The notes under the pieces: generated by a model
What the model was told of the DNA's origin: nothing
Seen by the model: only the letters and a program-made list of their open reading frames with translations
Databases searched by the model: none
Made by a program: the position numbers and the translations under genes
Origin: a virus
Strand: one strand, 5' to 3'
Length of the DNA: 64,000 bases
IMG/VR virus record: IMGVR_UViG_3300043419_002186
Span: 1-64,000 of that record
Part shown: positions 20,887 through 30,718 of the stretch, piece by piece
Layout of the letters: each line of letters starts with the position of its first letter
Position numbering within the stretch: the first letter of the stretch is position 1

Positions 20887-21537
20887 ATGGCTATCCTTCG
20901 TGCGACTGATGAGACGGGCGTGTACGAGATCGAGGGCCTCGGCACCAAGATTCGTCTGCTGGAGTGGCGCGCCGGTTCGTTCTACGACACGGTGCAGTTC
21001 TCGTCGGGCGTCCAGACGCCGGGCGCGATCCAGCAGCTCTTCCAGAATCTCCAGAACAAGAACCGCCAGCATTCGAACCTCGACAACAACGCTGGCCGTC
21101 TGCCCGCGCTGAACGAGCTGATCACGAACCGCGTCGGCGCGCACATCCTGCAGGCCTTCGGCGCGACCCTCGCGCTCGACAGCGACATCATCCAGTTCGC
21201 TCACGCGGCGTACCTCCGCGTGTCCGTGAACCAGACCCGCCTGATCGCGGACGCCCCGCTCTACACGTTCCAGAGCGGCTACGGCGTGACGGGTTCCACG
21301 ACCCGCAACGGCACGGGCGTCGTGACCGTCGGCGTGCCGTCGGCCGCCGCTGCCCCGCAGCTCCTCGTCGCTCAGCCCATCGGGCCGAACGACTCCATCG
21401 GCACCGACTCGTACATCGCGCTCTACGCCAACACGTGGGCGAGCGCCTCGGGTCAGAACAACCCGGCGAACTTCGTGAACGCGGTGCAGGCCACCCTGTT
21501 CCTCGACGGTCTCGTCAAGAAGCCCGCCACGGCGTAA
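20887..21537 (+). CDS. Putative major capsid protein (single jelly-roll-like)
   Basis: 216 aa, beta-rich, strongly biased codons, long leader; FYDT...LF...K...SNL...GRLP...LFLDGL pattern; fold is inferred. Confidence 0.55.
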   Translation: MAILRATDETGVYEIEGLGTKIRLLEWRAGSFYDTVQFSSGVQTPGAIQQLFQNLQNKNRQHSNLDNNAGRLPALNELITNRVGAHILQAFGATLALDSDIIQFAHAAYLRVSVNQTRLIADAPLYTFQSGYGVTGSTTRNGTGVVTVGVPSAAAAPQLLVAQPIGPNDSIGTDSYIALYANTWASASGQNNPANFVNAVQATLFLDGLVKKPATA

Positions 21538-21641
21538 TCCGCCAAGGCGAATCGATTCCCGCTTGACGGCGGGAGTTGGTCAAGGAGGGCGATTGTCGCT
21601 ATCATGCGGCAGTCGCCCTTCGTCTTTCACAGGAGCACGTC

Positions 21642-22241
21642 ATGCAGATTGTTCCCCCGCCGCCCGACCAGTTCATCGAGACGCTGCGTTCGCGCATCGT
21701 TGAAGGTCGGACGTTCGACCCGTATCAGTACCGGCCCATCGTGATTCCGCTGCAGGTGCAGCTCGGGCCGACGGCGAGCGGCGGCTTCTCGCAGCAGGGA
21801 CAGGCGACGTTCGTCATTCCCTCGAACCAGCGTCTGCTGATTCGCCAGTTCCTGCCCATCATCACGCCCGTGGGCGTCGATGGCATCAGCGGCATGAGCA
21901 GCTCGCTCGATGCGACGAGCGGCGTGTTCAACGTCGGCGTCCCTGCGGTGGGCGACGTGCTCGCGGGCGGCACCGTGCTCGACCGCGTCCTCGGCAAGGC
22001 GCAGAACTGCCGCGTCTCCGTGTCGATGATCTCGTCCACGTTCCAGCTCTTCCCCCAGTACCAGTTCTCGCTGGGTGACCTCATCTCCACGAACTCGCCT
22101 GACACGCAGCTCGCGGACATGCCGGGAATCATCCCGCAGGGAACCACCATCGAGATGCTCGCTTCGCTGCAGGACGCGGGCGCTGCTGGCGCGACGACGC
22201 AGTACGGCATCGCCATCGTCGGAACCTACATCGCGGTCTAA
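21642..22241 (+). CDS. Second capsid-like beta protein
   Basis: AGGAG SD; 199 aa; ends TQYGIAIVG, paralogous to 22266. Confidence 0.5.
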   Translation: MQIVPPPPDQFIETLRSRIVEGRTFDPYQYRPIVIPLQVQLGPTASGGFSQQGQATFVIPSNQRLLIRQFLPIITPVGVDGISGMSSSLDATSGVFNVGVPAVGDVLAGGTVLDRVLGKAQNCRVSVSMISSTFQLFPQYQFSLGDLISTNSPDTQLADMPGIIPQGTTIEMLASLQDAGAAGATTQYGIAIVGTYIAV

Positions 22242-22265
22242 GCCGCAGCGAACAGGAGCTTCACC

Positions 22266-22889
22266 GTGGCTATCCTCACTCCCGCACCCCGGAACTTCCA
22301 GCAGCGCATCCGCTCGGAGCTGACCGAGGGGCTCGAACTCAGCTACTACGACATCATCCCGTCCATCCTGCACCTGCGCGTGACGCTGGAAGGGACGGGT
22401 GCTCGCCCCAACGTCCAAAACCCCGGTAGCGCGAGTGACATCTACCGCGTCGCTGGCGACTACAACTTCCTCATCAGCGAGATTCACGCTCACGTCGCGA
22501 TGAACCAGCTCTCGCAGGAGAGCACGGTCGGCGCGACGGGTCTGAACTCGCTCGTTGGCGTGCGCAACCGCACCGCGGTGAAGGCGATGAACGCGAAGGC
22601 GTTCCTCGTCAACCCCGACCGCAACGACCTGCGCTTCGTCGAGACGGACATTCAGAACAGCTCGAACCAGTTCGGTGGCTCGGTGATTTCGCCCCTCTCG
22701 CTCGGCTCGCTGATGCCCGAGTGCGGCGGCATGCCGATTCGCATGATCGACAAGGGCTACGTGATGCCCCTCATCGTTCCTGCGAACGAGCGCATCAAGA
22801 TGAGCGTCATCCTCCTCGACCCCAACGCGACCCTCGGGCAGACGGAGTATGGTCTGACCTGCGTCGGCGCACTGGTTCGCGCCCGCTAA
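22266..22889 (+). CDS. Third capsid-like beta protein
   Basis: AGGAG SD with GTG start; shares PxPxxF...RS, KAxN, SLGxL and TxYG with 21642. Confidence 0.5.
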   Translation: MAILTPAPRNFQQRIRSELTEGLELSYYDIIPSILHLRVTLEGTGARPNVQNPGSASDIYRVAGDYNFLISEIHAHVAMNQLSQESTVGATGLNSLVGVRNRTAVKAMNAKAFLVNPDRNDLRFVETDIQNSSNQFGGSVISPLSLGSLMPECGGMPIRMIDKGYVMPLIVPANERIKMSVILLDPNATLGQTEYGLTCVGALVRAR

Positions 22890-22904
22890 ACAGGGGTCCT
22901 CCGC

Positions 22905-24062
22905 ATGTCTTCGTACTCCTTCGGTGACGGAATCCTTCCTCCCATCAAGCGCAAGCCCGCTTCGACGCCTCCTGCGTCGGAGATGGCGCAGTCGTCCATT
23001 GCGCCCGCTCCTCTCGCGGGTCCGATGGATAGCCAGCACGTCGCTGTCCTTGAGGGCGTGGACCATGAGCAGCAGCTCGGGACCGTCATCAACCTCGCGC
23101 AGAAGCGGGAGCAGAAGACGGCACCGAAGAGCGCCCGAATCGATTCGGCGTTCAAGGAAGTGAAGGCTTCGCTCCCCCGCATGCCCTCCACCTTTCAGGT
23201 GACCGGCGGCGCGGGAGGAGCCAAGCCGAGCAGCTCGGGAGGAGTGAAACAGCTTTACGCGGAGTCGCAGACGGGAGGAGGCGCTCCTCCCTGCATGACG
23301 GTCTGCGACCTCGTTTACATCATCGAGGCCGCGAAGCGCAGTCGCGCGGTGACGGTGAACTTCCCCTCCACCTCGAAGCTCGGTGTGGCGCGGGCGCAGA
23401 CGCAGCTCGCTTGCGTTCCTCGCACGCTGAACGCGGACCAAGCGAAGGCCTTCGCCCCTCGGGCGCAGCAGATGCTCGATGCCATGCGCCCCTCGGGTCA
23501 GGACGTGGCCGAGTGCGTGGCTCGTTACTGCCGCGAGCACGGATGCCCCACGGACGGCGTGAAGGTCGCGACCATCGAGCAGGTCTGCCAGCTCGTCTTC
23601 GCCATCAAGGCGGCGCAGTACGGCCGTTCCTTCAGCATGAGCGTGAACGGCTCGAACGCCACGCTCTCCGCGGAGCAGATGAGGGAGCAGGGCCCCCGCA
23701 TCGCCGCCACGCTCAAGGCGATGCTCGACAAGGGGCTCACGACTTCGGACGTGATCGCCGCGTGCGAGAAGAAGTACTGCGAGCAGTACGGCTGCGCTCC
23801 TTCTGCGACGACGACGACGACGGGCGGGGGAACGGGCGCGGGTGCCGGTGCTTCCTGCCCCGAAGGCACGCACTTCGACATGGCGAGCGCCGAGTGCGTT
23901 CCCAACGATGTGCCCGTCGCCAAGGTGGACACGGGGAAGAAGGGGTTCGGCTGGCTCGCGGCTGCTGGTGTCGCCGCGGTCATCGCGAAGAAGGTTCTGT
24001 TCGTGTCCGCGCTCGCTGGAGCGCCCAAGCTGGTCGAACTCGAAGACGAAGACGAGGAGTGA
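22905..24062 (+). CDS. Membrane-anchored Cys-rich protein with duplicated domain
   Basis: Two VCxLVxxIxAA...PR...LxAM...CxxxYCxxxGC units; CPEGTHFD...CVP; C-terminal TM. Confidence 0.7.
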   Translation: MSSYSFGDGILPPIKRKPASTPPASEMAQSSIAPAPLAGPMDSQHVAVLEGVDHEQQLGTVINLAQKREQKTAPKSARIDSAFKEVKASLPRMPSTFQVTGGAGGAKPSSSGGVKQLYAESQTGGGAPPCMTVCDLVYIIEAAKRSRAVTVNFPSTSKLGVARAQTQLACVPRTLNADQAKAFAPRAQQMLDAMRPSGQDVAECVARYCREHGCPTDGVKVATIEQVCQLVFAIKAAQYGRSFSMSVNGSNATLSAEQMREQGPRIAATLKAMLDKGLTTSDVIAACEKKYCEQYGCAPSATTTTTGGGTGAGAGASCPEGTHFDMASAECVPNDVPVAKVDTGKKGFGWLAAAGVAAVIAKKVLFVSALAGAPKLVELEDEDEE

Positions 24063-24065
24063 AAG

Positions 24066-25046
24066 ATGCGCGCCCCCAAGTACCCGCTCATGCCCGCCAC
24101 GCTGCAGGGCCTCGCTGGACGCCCCATCACGGGAACCACCATCGCTGACGTGGTGCGCGCTCAGAAGGACGCGCTGCTCTACTCGGACAGCCGCGTGCCT
24201 CTGACGGGGCAGTACTACGACAAGTTCCGTGCGACGCAGCAGGTGCGTACCCGCGCTCCCGCGGAGTTCACGAACGCGCAGGTGCGCGGCATCAACAACA
24301 AGGCGGGTGGCGTGAAGAGCTTCGCCGCCGCGACCTACAGCTACCCGTCGGGGCAGATGGTCATCGGCGCCGCCCTCGCGGGCATGGACGTGTCCACGCA
24401 GACGAGACTTGCGCGCTCGCGTCTCGCGGGCCTCGGTGCTGCCACGTTCGATGATTCCAACATCGACACCTCGCGCATCTCCGCTGGTGTCCTTGGCTTC
24501 GGCGCCGATGAGGAAGATGGCGCCGTCTGTGGCAAGGACTCGGGCAAGGGCGGCTGCGTGCAGGTGAAGGTCAACCGCGTCCGCAAGGCGCTCGCCGCGG
24601 CCGGGAAGGACCCGAACAACGACGCCGCGGTCCTCTACTTCGGCGCGATGCGCTGGGGCACCATCGACTCGCTCACGAAGGCCGTGCAGCAGTACTGGGA
24701 CCTCTTCCTCAAGGGAGAGCGGGCCCCGGACAGCAACTACGCAGACCTTCTCGGAGAGGCGAAGAAGATCGCGGAGAAGGCCGACAAGGTCATAAGCGAC
24801 CCGACCGTGCAGAAGGGCATCTCGACCGTCTCTCAGTACACGGGCAGCGGCGTCAGCCCGATGGGCACCTATCGCCCGCTCCCCGGTGCTCGCTCCATCA
24901 GCACCACCGCGGCGCAGGTCTCCGAATCGGTTCGTCGCGCGGCGCTGCCCCCTGAACGAAGCAGTGGCATGGGCATCGGCACCGTCGCCATCGGAGCCGC
25001 TGTCCTCGTCGGTGGCTTCTTCGCCTACAAGGCCTTCGCGAAGTAG
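24066..25046 (+). CDS. Putative virion membrane protein
   Basis: C-terminal TM; several LxG(L)xG motifs. Confidence 0.7.
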   Translation: MRAPKYPLMPATLQGLAGRPITGTTIADVVRAQKDALLYSDSRVPLTGQYYDKFRATQQVRTRAPAEFTNAQVRGINNKAGGVKSFAAATYSYPSGQMVIGAALAGMDVSTQTRLARSRLAGLGAATFDDSNIDTSRISAGVLGFGADEEDGAVCGKDSGKGGCVQVKVNRVRKALAAAGKDPNNDAAVLYFGAMRWGTIDSLTKAVQQYWDLFLKGERAPDSNYADLLGEAKKIAEKADKVISDPTVQKGISTVSQYTGSGVSPMGTYRPLPGARSISTTAAQVSESVRRAALPPERSSGMGIGTVAIGAAVLVGGFFAYKAFAK

Positions 25047-25055
25047 GAGCCCCAA

Positions 25056-26693
25056 GTGCAGATGATGCCGCGACAGCTCGCGGGCCTTGGCGCAGGTCCC
25101 AAGGACGCGCTCAAGCCCGAAGAGCTGCCCAGCGGCATCCTCTTCATCTACCCGCGCTACGTGCTCAAGGTGCTCGGGGACCTCCTCGATGCACCTGAGT
25201 CGCTGGCGCAGATTCAGGCGTGGTCCTACGACCCGCCCGAATGGGTGAAGAAGAAGAACAAGCTCGGTCAGGATTCGTACCGTCTCGCGGCTTTCCTTCG
25301 CACGCGTCTGAACTTCCGAATCCCGAAGAACTGGTTCGACAGTCAAATCGATTCGGACGCTTCGCTCGTCATCGAGGGGAAGCGCAAGTACTCGGATGTC
25401 TCGACCGAGACGCTGGCCGAGTGGGCGACGAACCCGCCGCCTTGGAGGCCTTGGAACCGCGACAGGGACATCACGGCCGTCGTGATGCCCGCGATTCTGT
25501 GGGCGCAGCGCATCGTCTCCGCTCGCGCTGGCTTCGACATCCCGTTCTTCGTGGACAGCTCCATCGAGGAAATCTCCGACGACTTGGTCCGTGCAAACGA
25601 CAAGGACCTTCTCGACTGGGTCGAAGCTCTCTGCAACATGCTCACAAGCTGGGGCATCAGCTCAGCGAATGCAGCGGGCAAAGAGGTTACGAAGCAGGTC
25701 GTCGAGAAGACAGCGACTCAGACGGCGAAAGATGCGGCCCCCGGTCTTTGGGAACAGGCGAAGAAGAAGGCACTTGAAGAGGGGACGAAGGAAGCCAAGC
25801 GCGCCGGAACGGCGCTCATCCGCAAGGGCATCTCCGAGACGGGCGACCTGCTCACGCCCGATGGGGCATCGACCTTCGCGAAGGAGGGTATTCAGTCCGC
25901 TGAAGCAGGTGTCACTTCTGCAGCGCTCGCCTTTGCCTTCGCCTCGACGCCCATCGGATGGGTCTCTCTCGCTGCCATTGCCGCGGCTCCCGTCCTCTGC
26001 TGGGGAGCGAAGAGCTACGCCCTCAAGCTCATCAAGGACAACCTGCGAGACTGGCATCCCGACTTCGTCCCCACGTTCATCGGCAGCGTGTACCAGAAGC
26101 GCTTCGGCATCGTCCCCGGCGCGGATGTCATCTCGAACCTCGACCAGCGCTACTCGGCTCTCATCAGCGCGAACAGCATCGCGAAGGCCGTCGCCTCTCC
26201 CGAGAACGACCCCGCGGTCCTCGCCGCGGTGACGAAGCGGCAGAACGAGATTCAGGCCACCATCACGAAGTCGCTCGACTACTTCGGATGCAAGACGCCG
26301 AACCCTGACCGGGTGGCCGCGTTCGCAGACCGCGCCTTCAACAACTTTTGGTCTCCCGAAGAAATCAACCGGCGCGTCTACAACGAGAAGGCGTGGCTCT
26401 GCAGCGCCAGCTCCATCAAGGAGCTGCGCACCATCGTCATGCGGCCTGCCATCTCCTCTGCCGCTGCCCGCATCACGAAGGCCGTTGCGGCGATGCGCAA
26501 CAGCATCAAGCCCCCCATCGCTCCCGTGACCCCCTCGGGCAAGCCCCCCGTAGGCCCTGTGCCTCCCGCAGGGCCCGCGAAGGGCGGCATCGGGCCCGCG
26601 CTCGCTCTCGCCACTGGCGGCTTCTTCGTCGGCGGCCCTCCCGGTGCTGGCATCGGATTCGTGCTCGGCCTCATGGCCGGAAAGAAGAAGTGA
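25056..26693 (+). CDS. Large membrane protein (possible entry protein)
   Basis: Central hydrophobic hairpin, Pro-rich linker, C-terminal GGFFVGGPPGAGIG glycine zipper. Confidence 0.7.
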   Translation: MQMMPRQLAGLGAGPKDALKPEELPSGILFIYPRYVLKVLGDLLDAPESLAQIQAWSYDPPEWVKKKNKLGQDSYRLAAFLRTRLNFRIPKNWFDSQIDSDASLVIEGKRKYSDVSTETLAEWATNPPPWRPWNRDRDITAVVMPAILWAQRIVSARAGFDIPFFVDSSIEEISDDLVRANDKDLLDWVEALCNMLTSWGISSANAAGKEVTKQVVEKTATQTAKDAAPGLWEQAKKKALEEGTKEAKRAGTALIRKGISETGDLLTPDGASTFAKEGIQSAEAGVTSAALAFAFASTPIGWVSLAAIAAAPVLCWGAKSYALKLIKDNLRDWHPDFVPTFIGSVYQKRFGIVPGADVISNLDQRYSALISANSIAKAVASPENDPAVLAAVTKRQNEIQATITKSLDYFGCKTPNPDRVAAFADRAFNNFWSPEEINRRVYNEKAWLCSASSIKELRTIVMRPAISSAAARITKAVAAMRNSIKPPIAPVTPSGKPPVGPVPPAGPAKGGIGPALALATGGFFVGGPPGAGIGFVLGLMAGKKK

Positions 26694-27493
26694 TGGGACC
26701 GAATCGATTCGCACTTGGATGCTGGGACAAGGACGACGCGCTCGGCTGCACTCCCGAGATGCCGCCACCCGTGCTCGGCAACGCGTTCACCGACAAGCTC
26801 AAGTCCATTCCTCCGAAGGGCTGGCTCGCCATCGGCGGCGCGGCGCTGCTCATCCTGCTCATCGCGAAGCGCAGGACCGTGGCCACTGCCGCTCAGAGCG
26901 TCGCTGAGCGTGCCAAGGAAGCTGCGCAGAGCCTCGTCGGTGCGTTCCTCACCCTCAACGCCATCCGCAAGGCGATGCCGAACGTGAGCCTCGCCAAGGC
27001 GACTTCGCTGCTGCCCGACCTGACGCTCGCGCTGGACGAGGCGAACATCAACACCCCGAAGCGCGTCGCCGCGTTCCTCGCGCAGGTGGGACACGAATCA
27101 GGCGACTTCCGATACATGGAGGAGCTGGCGAGCGGCGCTGCCTACGAGGGACGCAAGGACCTCGGGAACACGCAGCCCGGGGACGGCAAGCGTTTCAAGG
27201 GCCGTGGTCCCATCCAGCTCACGGGGCGCTCGAACTATCGCGCCTTCACGAACGCCATCGGCAAGAAGTACGGCGTGGACTTCGAGAAGAACCCGGAGCT
27301 GGTCGCGGACCCCCGCTGGGGCTTCAAGGCGGCGTCGTGGTTCTGGAACTCGAAGAACCTCAACAGCTACGCGGACAGGGGTGACTTCAACTCCATCACC
27401 TACCGCATCAACGGCGGCTACAACGGGAAGGCCGACCGAGACAAGCGTTATGCTATCGCCTCCGCGGCACTGATGCCGGTGGGCAACGCGTAA
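26693..27493 (+). CDS. GH19 chitinase-fold muramidase with N-terminal TM anchor
   Basis: AAFLAQVGHESG, FKGRGPIQLTGRSNY, INGGYNG; TM WLAIGGAALLILLIA. Confidence 0.9.
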   Translation: MGPNRFALGCWDKDDALGCTPEMPPPVLGNAFTDKLKSIPPKGWLAIGGAALLILLIAKRRTVATAAQSVAERAKEAAQSLVGAFLTLNAIRKAMPNVSLAKATSLLPDLTLALDEANINTPKRVAAFLAQVGHESGDFRYMEELASGAAYEGRKDLGNTQPGDGKRFKGRGPIQLTGRSNYRAFTNAIGKKYGVDFEKNPELVADPRWGFKAASWFWNSKNLNSYADRGDFNSITYRINGGYNGKADRDKRYAIASAALMPVGNA

Positions 27494-27505
27494 CAGGGGA
27501 AGAGC

Positions 27506-27712
27506 ATGGCAGCACAGGGGCAACCGAAGGTCCTCCAGACGATGAAGTTCAAGACGTCGCAGGAGGCGCAACAGAAGCTGATGCAGCTCGGCGCACGGTT
27601 CCGCATGAGGGACACCGCCACGGGGGGGCTGCTCTACAAGACACCTGCAGGAGTGGTCCTGCGAGTTCGCCAACCTGACGCAGTCGAGGTACTATCGAAC
27701 TGCGTCTGCTGA
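27506..27712 (+). CDS. Hypothetical protein
   Basis: GGGAAG SD; fits between neighbours. Confidence 0.6.
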   Translation: MAAQGQPKVLQTMKFKTSQEAQQKLMQLGARFRMRDTATGGLLYKTPAGVVLRVRQPDAVEVLSNCVC

Positions 27713-27726
27713 AACAGGAGTGAGTC

Positions 27727-28311
27727 ATGGCCGAAATGATTGCGATGCTGGGTGGTCTCGGAAGCTCGGGGTGCGTGGGCTGCTCGTCGGGCCGTGCGCT
27801 CTCCATCAACGGGGCCCCGATGACCCCTGAGCAGGAGATGCTGGCCGCTCGCGCGGGCACCATCAGCTCCAGCCAGTACAGCCCCCGCCTCGCGGGCGCG
27901 CCCATGACTCCCTCCATCGCCGCCTACATGGCGCGTCGTGGCGAGATGGCTTCCGCGCAGTACAACCCCAACCTCGCTGGTGCCCCCATGAGCGTCGCAG
28001 AAGAGGCCCGCGCTGCGCGGGCGAACGTCATCGTCTCACAGCAGTACAACCCGAACCTCGCGGGCGTGCCGACCACGGCGCTCTCCGTCGCGGATCAGGT
28101 GCGTGCGAAGGCCATCACCAGCGCTCCGTACTACATGAAGCGCAGCGTCAACCCGTACTCGATGCTGACGAAGGGTCAGGCCGGGACGCTGCAGGGCATG
28201 GGCGACTGGTGGTCCTCGCAGTCCACGACCATGAAGGCCGTCTACGCCACCGCGGGCATCGTTGCCGCTTGGTGGGGCGTCCCGAAGCTCGTTCGCGCGG
28301 TGCGAGGCTAG
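27727..28311 (+). CDS. Membrane protein with three 28-aa repeats
   Basis: GAPM...AR...SxQYxPxLA repeats; C-terminal TM. Confidence 0.75.
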   Translation: MAEMIAMLGGLGSSGCVGCSSGRALSINGAPMTPEQEMLAARAGTISSSQYSPRLAGAPMTPSIAAYMARRGEMASAQYNPNLAGAPMSVAEEARAARANVIVSQQYNPNLAGVPTTALSVADQVRAKAITSAPYYMKRSVNPYSMLTKGQAGTLQGMGDWWSSQSTTMKAVYATAGIVAAWWGVPKLVRAVRG

Positions 28312-28313
28312 TC

Positions 28314-28559
28314 ATGTACCGACCCCACGACATCATCGCGAGCGGCTCGCACCGCAAGCCGATGGCCATCGAGGTCATGAGCCTCAACGGCATGCAGCCG
28401 GGGCTCTCGCGTGCTCAGGCCGCGAGCCTCACCGCTGTCACCGTCAACGGCCTCATGGGCCTTGGCGCTGAGCCCGACGAGACGAAGCAGCCTCTGTGGC
28501 CCATCCTCGCTTTCGCCGCTGTCCTCGGCGTCGTCCTTTGGAAGAAGAACCTCTACTGA
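28314..28559 (+). CDS. Small membrane protein
   Basis: LMGLG motif, C-terminal TM, then KK. Confidence 0.7.
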   Translation: MYRPHDIIASGSHRKPMAIEVMSLNGMQPGLSRAQAASLTAVTVNGLMGLGAEPDETKQPLWPILAFAAVLGVVLWKKNLY

Positions 28560-28569
28560 GGCTGCTGTC

Positions 28570-28830
28570 ATGCCGACCGCGAAGCTGATGGAGCTGCTGT
28601 CTCACCCCATCGCTCTCGACGCCTTCGACTCCCTCTCCAAGGGCTCACACCCTCAGAGCGTTCTCGCGGGCATCGCGTCGGACATGGCAGCACTGAAGAT
28701 TCGTCAGCTCCTCGGCGGCGTCGAGAAGGACGAATCGATTCGCTCGAAGAAGGATGACATCGTGGACGCGGAGTACACCGTCATCGACGTGACCCCCGGC
28801 GTGAAGCGGCGCACCACGAAGGAGAAGTGA
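28570..28830 (+). CDS. Hypothetical protein
   Basis: GAGG SD; IVDAEYTVIDV tail. Confidence 0.65.
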   Translation: MPTAKLMELLSHPIALDAFDSLSKGSHPQSVLAGIASDMAALKIRQLLGGVEKDESIRSKKDDIVDAEYTVIDVTPGVKRRTTKEK

Positions 28831-28831
28831 C

Positions 28832-29077
28832 ATGCCCTCGAAGAAGAAGTGCAAGTTCGGCCTGAACAAGCGCACGAAGAAGTGCCTCAAGCACCCGCGC
28901 AAGAAGGCCGCTGGCACTCGCAAGAAGGCTGCTGCTCCGAAGAAGCGCCGAAGCGCGGGCACGATGGACTGGCTCACGAAGGGGCGAAAGCCCGCGCGCG
29001 TCACCCGCAGGGGTGGCATGACGATTCGGGAGTACTCTCCCGAGGACTCGATGAAGGCCATCTACGGCGAGTGGTGA
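28832..29077 (+). CDS. Lys-rich Cys-containing protein
   Basis: MPSKKKCKFGLNKRTKKCLKHPRKK. Confidence 0.7.
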   Translation: MPSKKKCKFGLNKRTKKCLKHPRKKAAGTRKKAAAPKKRRSAGTMDWLTKGRKPARVTRRGGMTIREYSPEDSMKAIYGEW

Positions 29078-29090
29078 GAAGGGGACTCTG

Positions 29091-29375
29091 ATGACTGCGC
29101 GGCTCTACTACATCTTCATGGACGGATGCGGTGCCTGTCAGATGGCGAAGCCCGAGCTGAAGAAGTTCGAGCGCGCTCACCCCGAGGTTCAGGTCGTTCC
29201 CGTGAACCTGCTCACGGTCGGGGACAAGTGGAAGCACGACTGGAAGCCGGAAGCGACTCCCACCTACGTGCTCGAAATCCCGGGGCATGAGCGCACGCGC
29301 TACGAGGGCGCGCTCATGGCGAAGCACATCGAGCAGTTCATCCGAAAGTCGAAGCAGATGATCGGAGCCCAGTGA
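29091..29375 (+). CDS. Thioredoxin-like protein
   Basis: CGAC active site and a TPT cis-Pro motif. Confidence 0.85.
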   Translation: MTARLYYIFMDGCGACQMAKPELKKFERAHPEVQVVPVNLLTVGDKWKHDWKPEATPTYVLEIPGHERTRYEGALMAKHIEQFIRKSKQMIGAQ

Positions 29376-30718
29376 TGTTCAAGAAGAAGAAGAGCGCGGG
29401 CCTCGCGGGCGTCGAATCGATTGGCGACGACAAGTACTGCGTGGGCGCCAACCCCGACGCCAAGGTCAACATCTCCGCGGCTCGTTGGGCTCTCGACTTC
29501 CTCGAACGTCGCGCGGAAGAGGACCCGTGGTTCAACGGGACGACGCTCATCTTCCACTCGGGGCAGGTGAACTACACGAAGCATCAGCTCGTCGCTGAGA
29601 AGTTCAACACCTTCGGTCCCCGCGTCTCTCTCAACGAGGACGTCGCTCGCGGCATCGCGTGCACGCCCGCGCTGAACCCTGTCGCTGCTTCGGGCAAGAA
29701 GGGCGTCGCACTCACGCAGACGACCCCGTTCATCTACAAGACGCCGCTGCTCGCGGCGAAGTTCATCGAGGTCTGCGGCGAGAACGGCGAGAAGTGCCGA
29801 GGGCACAAGGACCTTGAGAAGCTCCTGCTGCAGCTTCGCTCGAAGGGAGCGCTTCGACCTGAGCACAAGCGCGCTGGCATGAAGGGCTTCTCCGCTTCCG
29901 TCCCCGCGGGCTTCGTCGGCTGCGACCCGAAGAAGCCGGTCAAGAAGCCCTACGCCGTCGGCTTCGGCACGAAGATTCGCGAGCTGGTGCGTGAGTACGC
30001 GGGAGACCCCAACGCGGTTGCCGTGGACCGTCACATCGCCGCTTGGGTCTGCAAGCACTACGGAACGTCGAGCCCCGAAATCAAGCAAGCGTGCCATGGC
30101 GCGTTCGCTGCGATGAGGCTCGAAGACGAGCAGAAGAAGTACGCGGTGGACTCCAAGAAGTGGAAGTCGCTGCAGAGGAAAATCGACAAAATCGAGGACA
30201 AGACCAGTGCTTCGGTCGGTGCCTACGAGGAGTCGAAGAAGTACTCCATGCTCAAGAGCGTCGTCGCGGACGAGGCCAAGAAGTGCGGCGTCTCTCCCGC
30301 GCTGCTGCAGGTGGGCGCGTGGTTCAAGCAGACCTGCCGCGTCGGCGGGAAGAACGAGATGGTGTGGCTCGGCGCGAAGCGCAAGCTGCGCGAGGACGAA
30401 GACCCCGCGTGCGAGCTGGAGAAGGAAATCGTCGATGCCTGTGCCTCGGACTCGATGATTCACGGCTCCATCGGCTTCTGCGACGCGGACAGGAAGAAGA
30501 AGTTCTGCAACGCGTTCGCCATCCGCAAGGCCAAGATTGCGAAGGGGGAGATTGACCCCGACGCCGTCGGCAAGAAGAAGAGCAGGAGCAGGAAGGGAGC
30601 CAAGAAGGGCTCGAAGAAGGGGAAGGCGCTCAGCGGTCTCTCCTCCTCGGACATGGGCAAGGGCTGCTCCGTCGCCGGTCGCAAGGCTGTCCTCTCGCTC
30701 CTCGACAGGGCCATCTGA
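29372..30718 (+). CDS. HhH DNA-glycosylase-like protein with Lys-rich tail
   Basis: GFGTKI...VAVDRH...SPALLQVGAW resemble HhH-GPD motifs. Confidence 0.5.
   Translation: MMFKKKKSAGLAGVESIGDDKYCVGANPDAKVNISAARWALDFLERRAEEDPWFNGTTLIFHSGQVNYTKHQLVAEKFNTFGPRVSLNEDVARGIACTPALNPVAASGKKGVALTQTTPFIYKTPLLAAKFIEVCGENGEKCRGHKDLEKLLLQLRSKGALRPEHKRAGMKGFSASVPAGFVGCDPKKPVKKPYAVGFGTKIRELVREYAGDPNAVAVDRHIAAWVCKHYGTSSPEIKQACHGAFAAMRLEDEQKKYAVDSKKWKSLQRKIDKIEDKTSASVGAYEESKKYSMLKSVVADEAKKCGVSPALLQVGAWFKQTCRVGGKNEMVWLGAKRKLREDEDPACELEKEIVDACASDSMIHGSIGFCDADRKKKFCNAFAIRKAKIAKGEIDPDAVGKKKSRSRKGAKKGSKKGKALSGLSSSDMGKGCSVAGRKAVLSLLDRAI

Noticed and set aside
11720-25346. Very long - strand ORFs (713, 499 and 1239 aa) and similar shadow ORFs elsewhere
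   Set aside because: They lie antisense to well-supported genes and are expected from high GC3 codon bias
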